Virus record (IMG/VR): IMGVR_UViG_3300020577_005931
Coordinates: 190 to 64,189 of that record
DNA from: a virus
Taxonomy: Duplodnaviria; Caudoviricetes
Direction: 5' to 3' (one strand)
DNA length: 64,000 nt
Below the pieces are notes generated by a model, which was not told where the DNA came from, searched no databases, and saw nothing but the letters and a program-made list of their open reading frames with translations. The position numbers and the translations under genes are program-made. Positions 63,147 through 64,000 of the stretch are shown one piece after another. How positions within the stretch are numbered: position 1 is the first letter of the stretch; each line of letters starts with the position of its first letter.

Positions 63147-63247
63147 CAGTACAGAAAACCAGCCCGTGGAACATGAAAAACCCAAGTTTTTGGGGTCTTG
63201 TACATTCGTTTGCAGGTAAGGAGGTGCTTACTAACATTTTAGCCCAC

Positions 63248-63326
63248 TTGTACAAAATGAAAATGTACAAGTGGACAGGCGAGAGCTGGAATTGGGCTTA
63301 GTTGTACAAAATGAAAATGTACAAGT
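63248..63326. repeat. Two 25-bp direct repeats, each a TGTAC-N11-GTACA dyad
   Basis: ttgtacaaaatgaaaatgtacaagt at 63248 and 63302. Confidence 0.9.
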
Positions 63327-63692
63327 CGGGCTTTTGGGTTTGTACAACTGAAATAACCGAGTTATTTTCTTCAGAAAAGGGGGTTTTTCCCTTTATATAT
63401 ATATACTTATCACTATAGTAGTATATATACCGTATTTTCCGAAGAAAACAGGTACAAGGGTTTTGAGAAAATCAAAAAGTCAAAAAGTCAAAAAACTTTT
63501 CGACTTTTCTAAATCCCAAAACCGAAATACTCGCGCATTTTGACCCCTTTAGGGTGTATATGAATTCTTCCCTTACGAAAAGTAAGGTTGTTACAAATTG
63601 TTCCACGCAATCTGACTATGAACGGCAGGACTTTTGCCTATGAACGGCCAGGGTTTTGCCACCCCCTTTGCCCGTAAACCCACCCCCATCAA

Positions 63693-63716
63693 AAGTAGTC
63701 CGAAATCGGACTACTT
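63693..63716. repeat. Palindrome family copy 4
   Basis: AAGTAGTCCG-aaat-CGGACTACTT. Confidence 0.9.
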
Positions 63717-63747
63717 ACTGAAAGTAAGCGCACAAGCGAGGTACTCC

Positions 63748-63975
63748 ATGAACGCCCTTGAATCCCGCATAGCCCTGCAATCTGCCAACGAGGCCGCCCA
63801 GGCACACCGTTCCCACGTCCTGCACTTCATCCGCCGTGGTCAGCCTCTCACGCCGTCTGAGGAGGCTCTCCTTGCCCGGTTCCGCCGGATAGAGCTGGAT
63901 TCCCTGAAGAAGGCGGGCGTCGCCGTTGAGAGCCCCGATAACATCCCTGTCCTGACTGACATCGTCCACCACTGA
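63748..63975 (+). CDS. Hypothetical protein
   Basis: GAGGT RBS before MNALESR favours start 63748 over 63634. Confidence 0.7.
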   Translation: MNALESRIALQSANEAAQAHRSHVLHFIRRGQPLTPSEEALLARFRRIELDSLKKAGVAVESPDNIPVLTDIVHH

Positions 63976-64000
63976 GGGCTGCCCCCATGACTATGAAGCC

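Noticed and set aside
61903-63716. N4-type virion RNA polymerase hairpin promoters
   Set aside because: No phage RNA polymerase gene in the window, and loops are 4 nt rather than the N4 3-nt type

Overview
The window is most of a tailed dsDNA phage genome (siphovirus-like, long tape measure, no sheath). Its host is probably a Gamma- or Betaproteobacterium, judged from CTG-N10-CAG LexA boxes, IHF consensus sites and spanins. Plus strand 1-22141 carries accessory genes, then replication and recombination genes: AEP primase-helicase, DUF5664 and MazG nucleotide hydrolases, SNF2 helicase, SSB-like protein, Pol I-like PolA with a LAGLIDADG intein, Dda/RecD helicase, PD-(D/E)XK nuclease and an Mre11/Rad50 pair. 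Minus strand 53812-22503 carries terminase, portal, S49 protease, capsid, neck, tail and lysis genes. Minus strand 61478-53799 carries small early genes. 61500-63750 is a control region dense in motifs. The most striking structure not explained by the genes is an integron-like attC cassette array at about 735-2990. It carries typical phage accessory ORFs that appear inverted relative to the usual cassette orientation, and no integron integrase is present in the window. Other highlights are a cluster of LexA boxes and paired IHF sites, two families of repeated palindromic operators, a ~160-aa PolA thumb insertion, and a YG-repeat motif shared by three virion proteins. All calls come from reading motifs by eye; no database searches were run.
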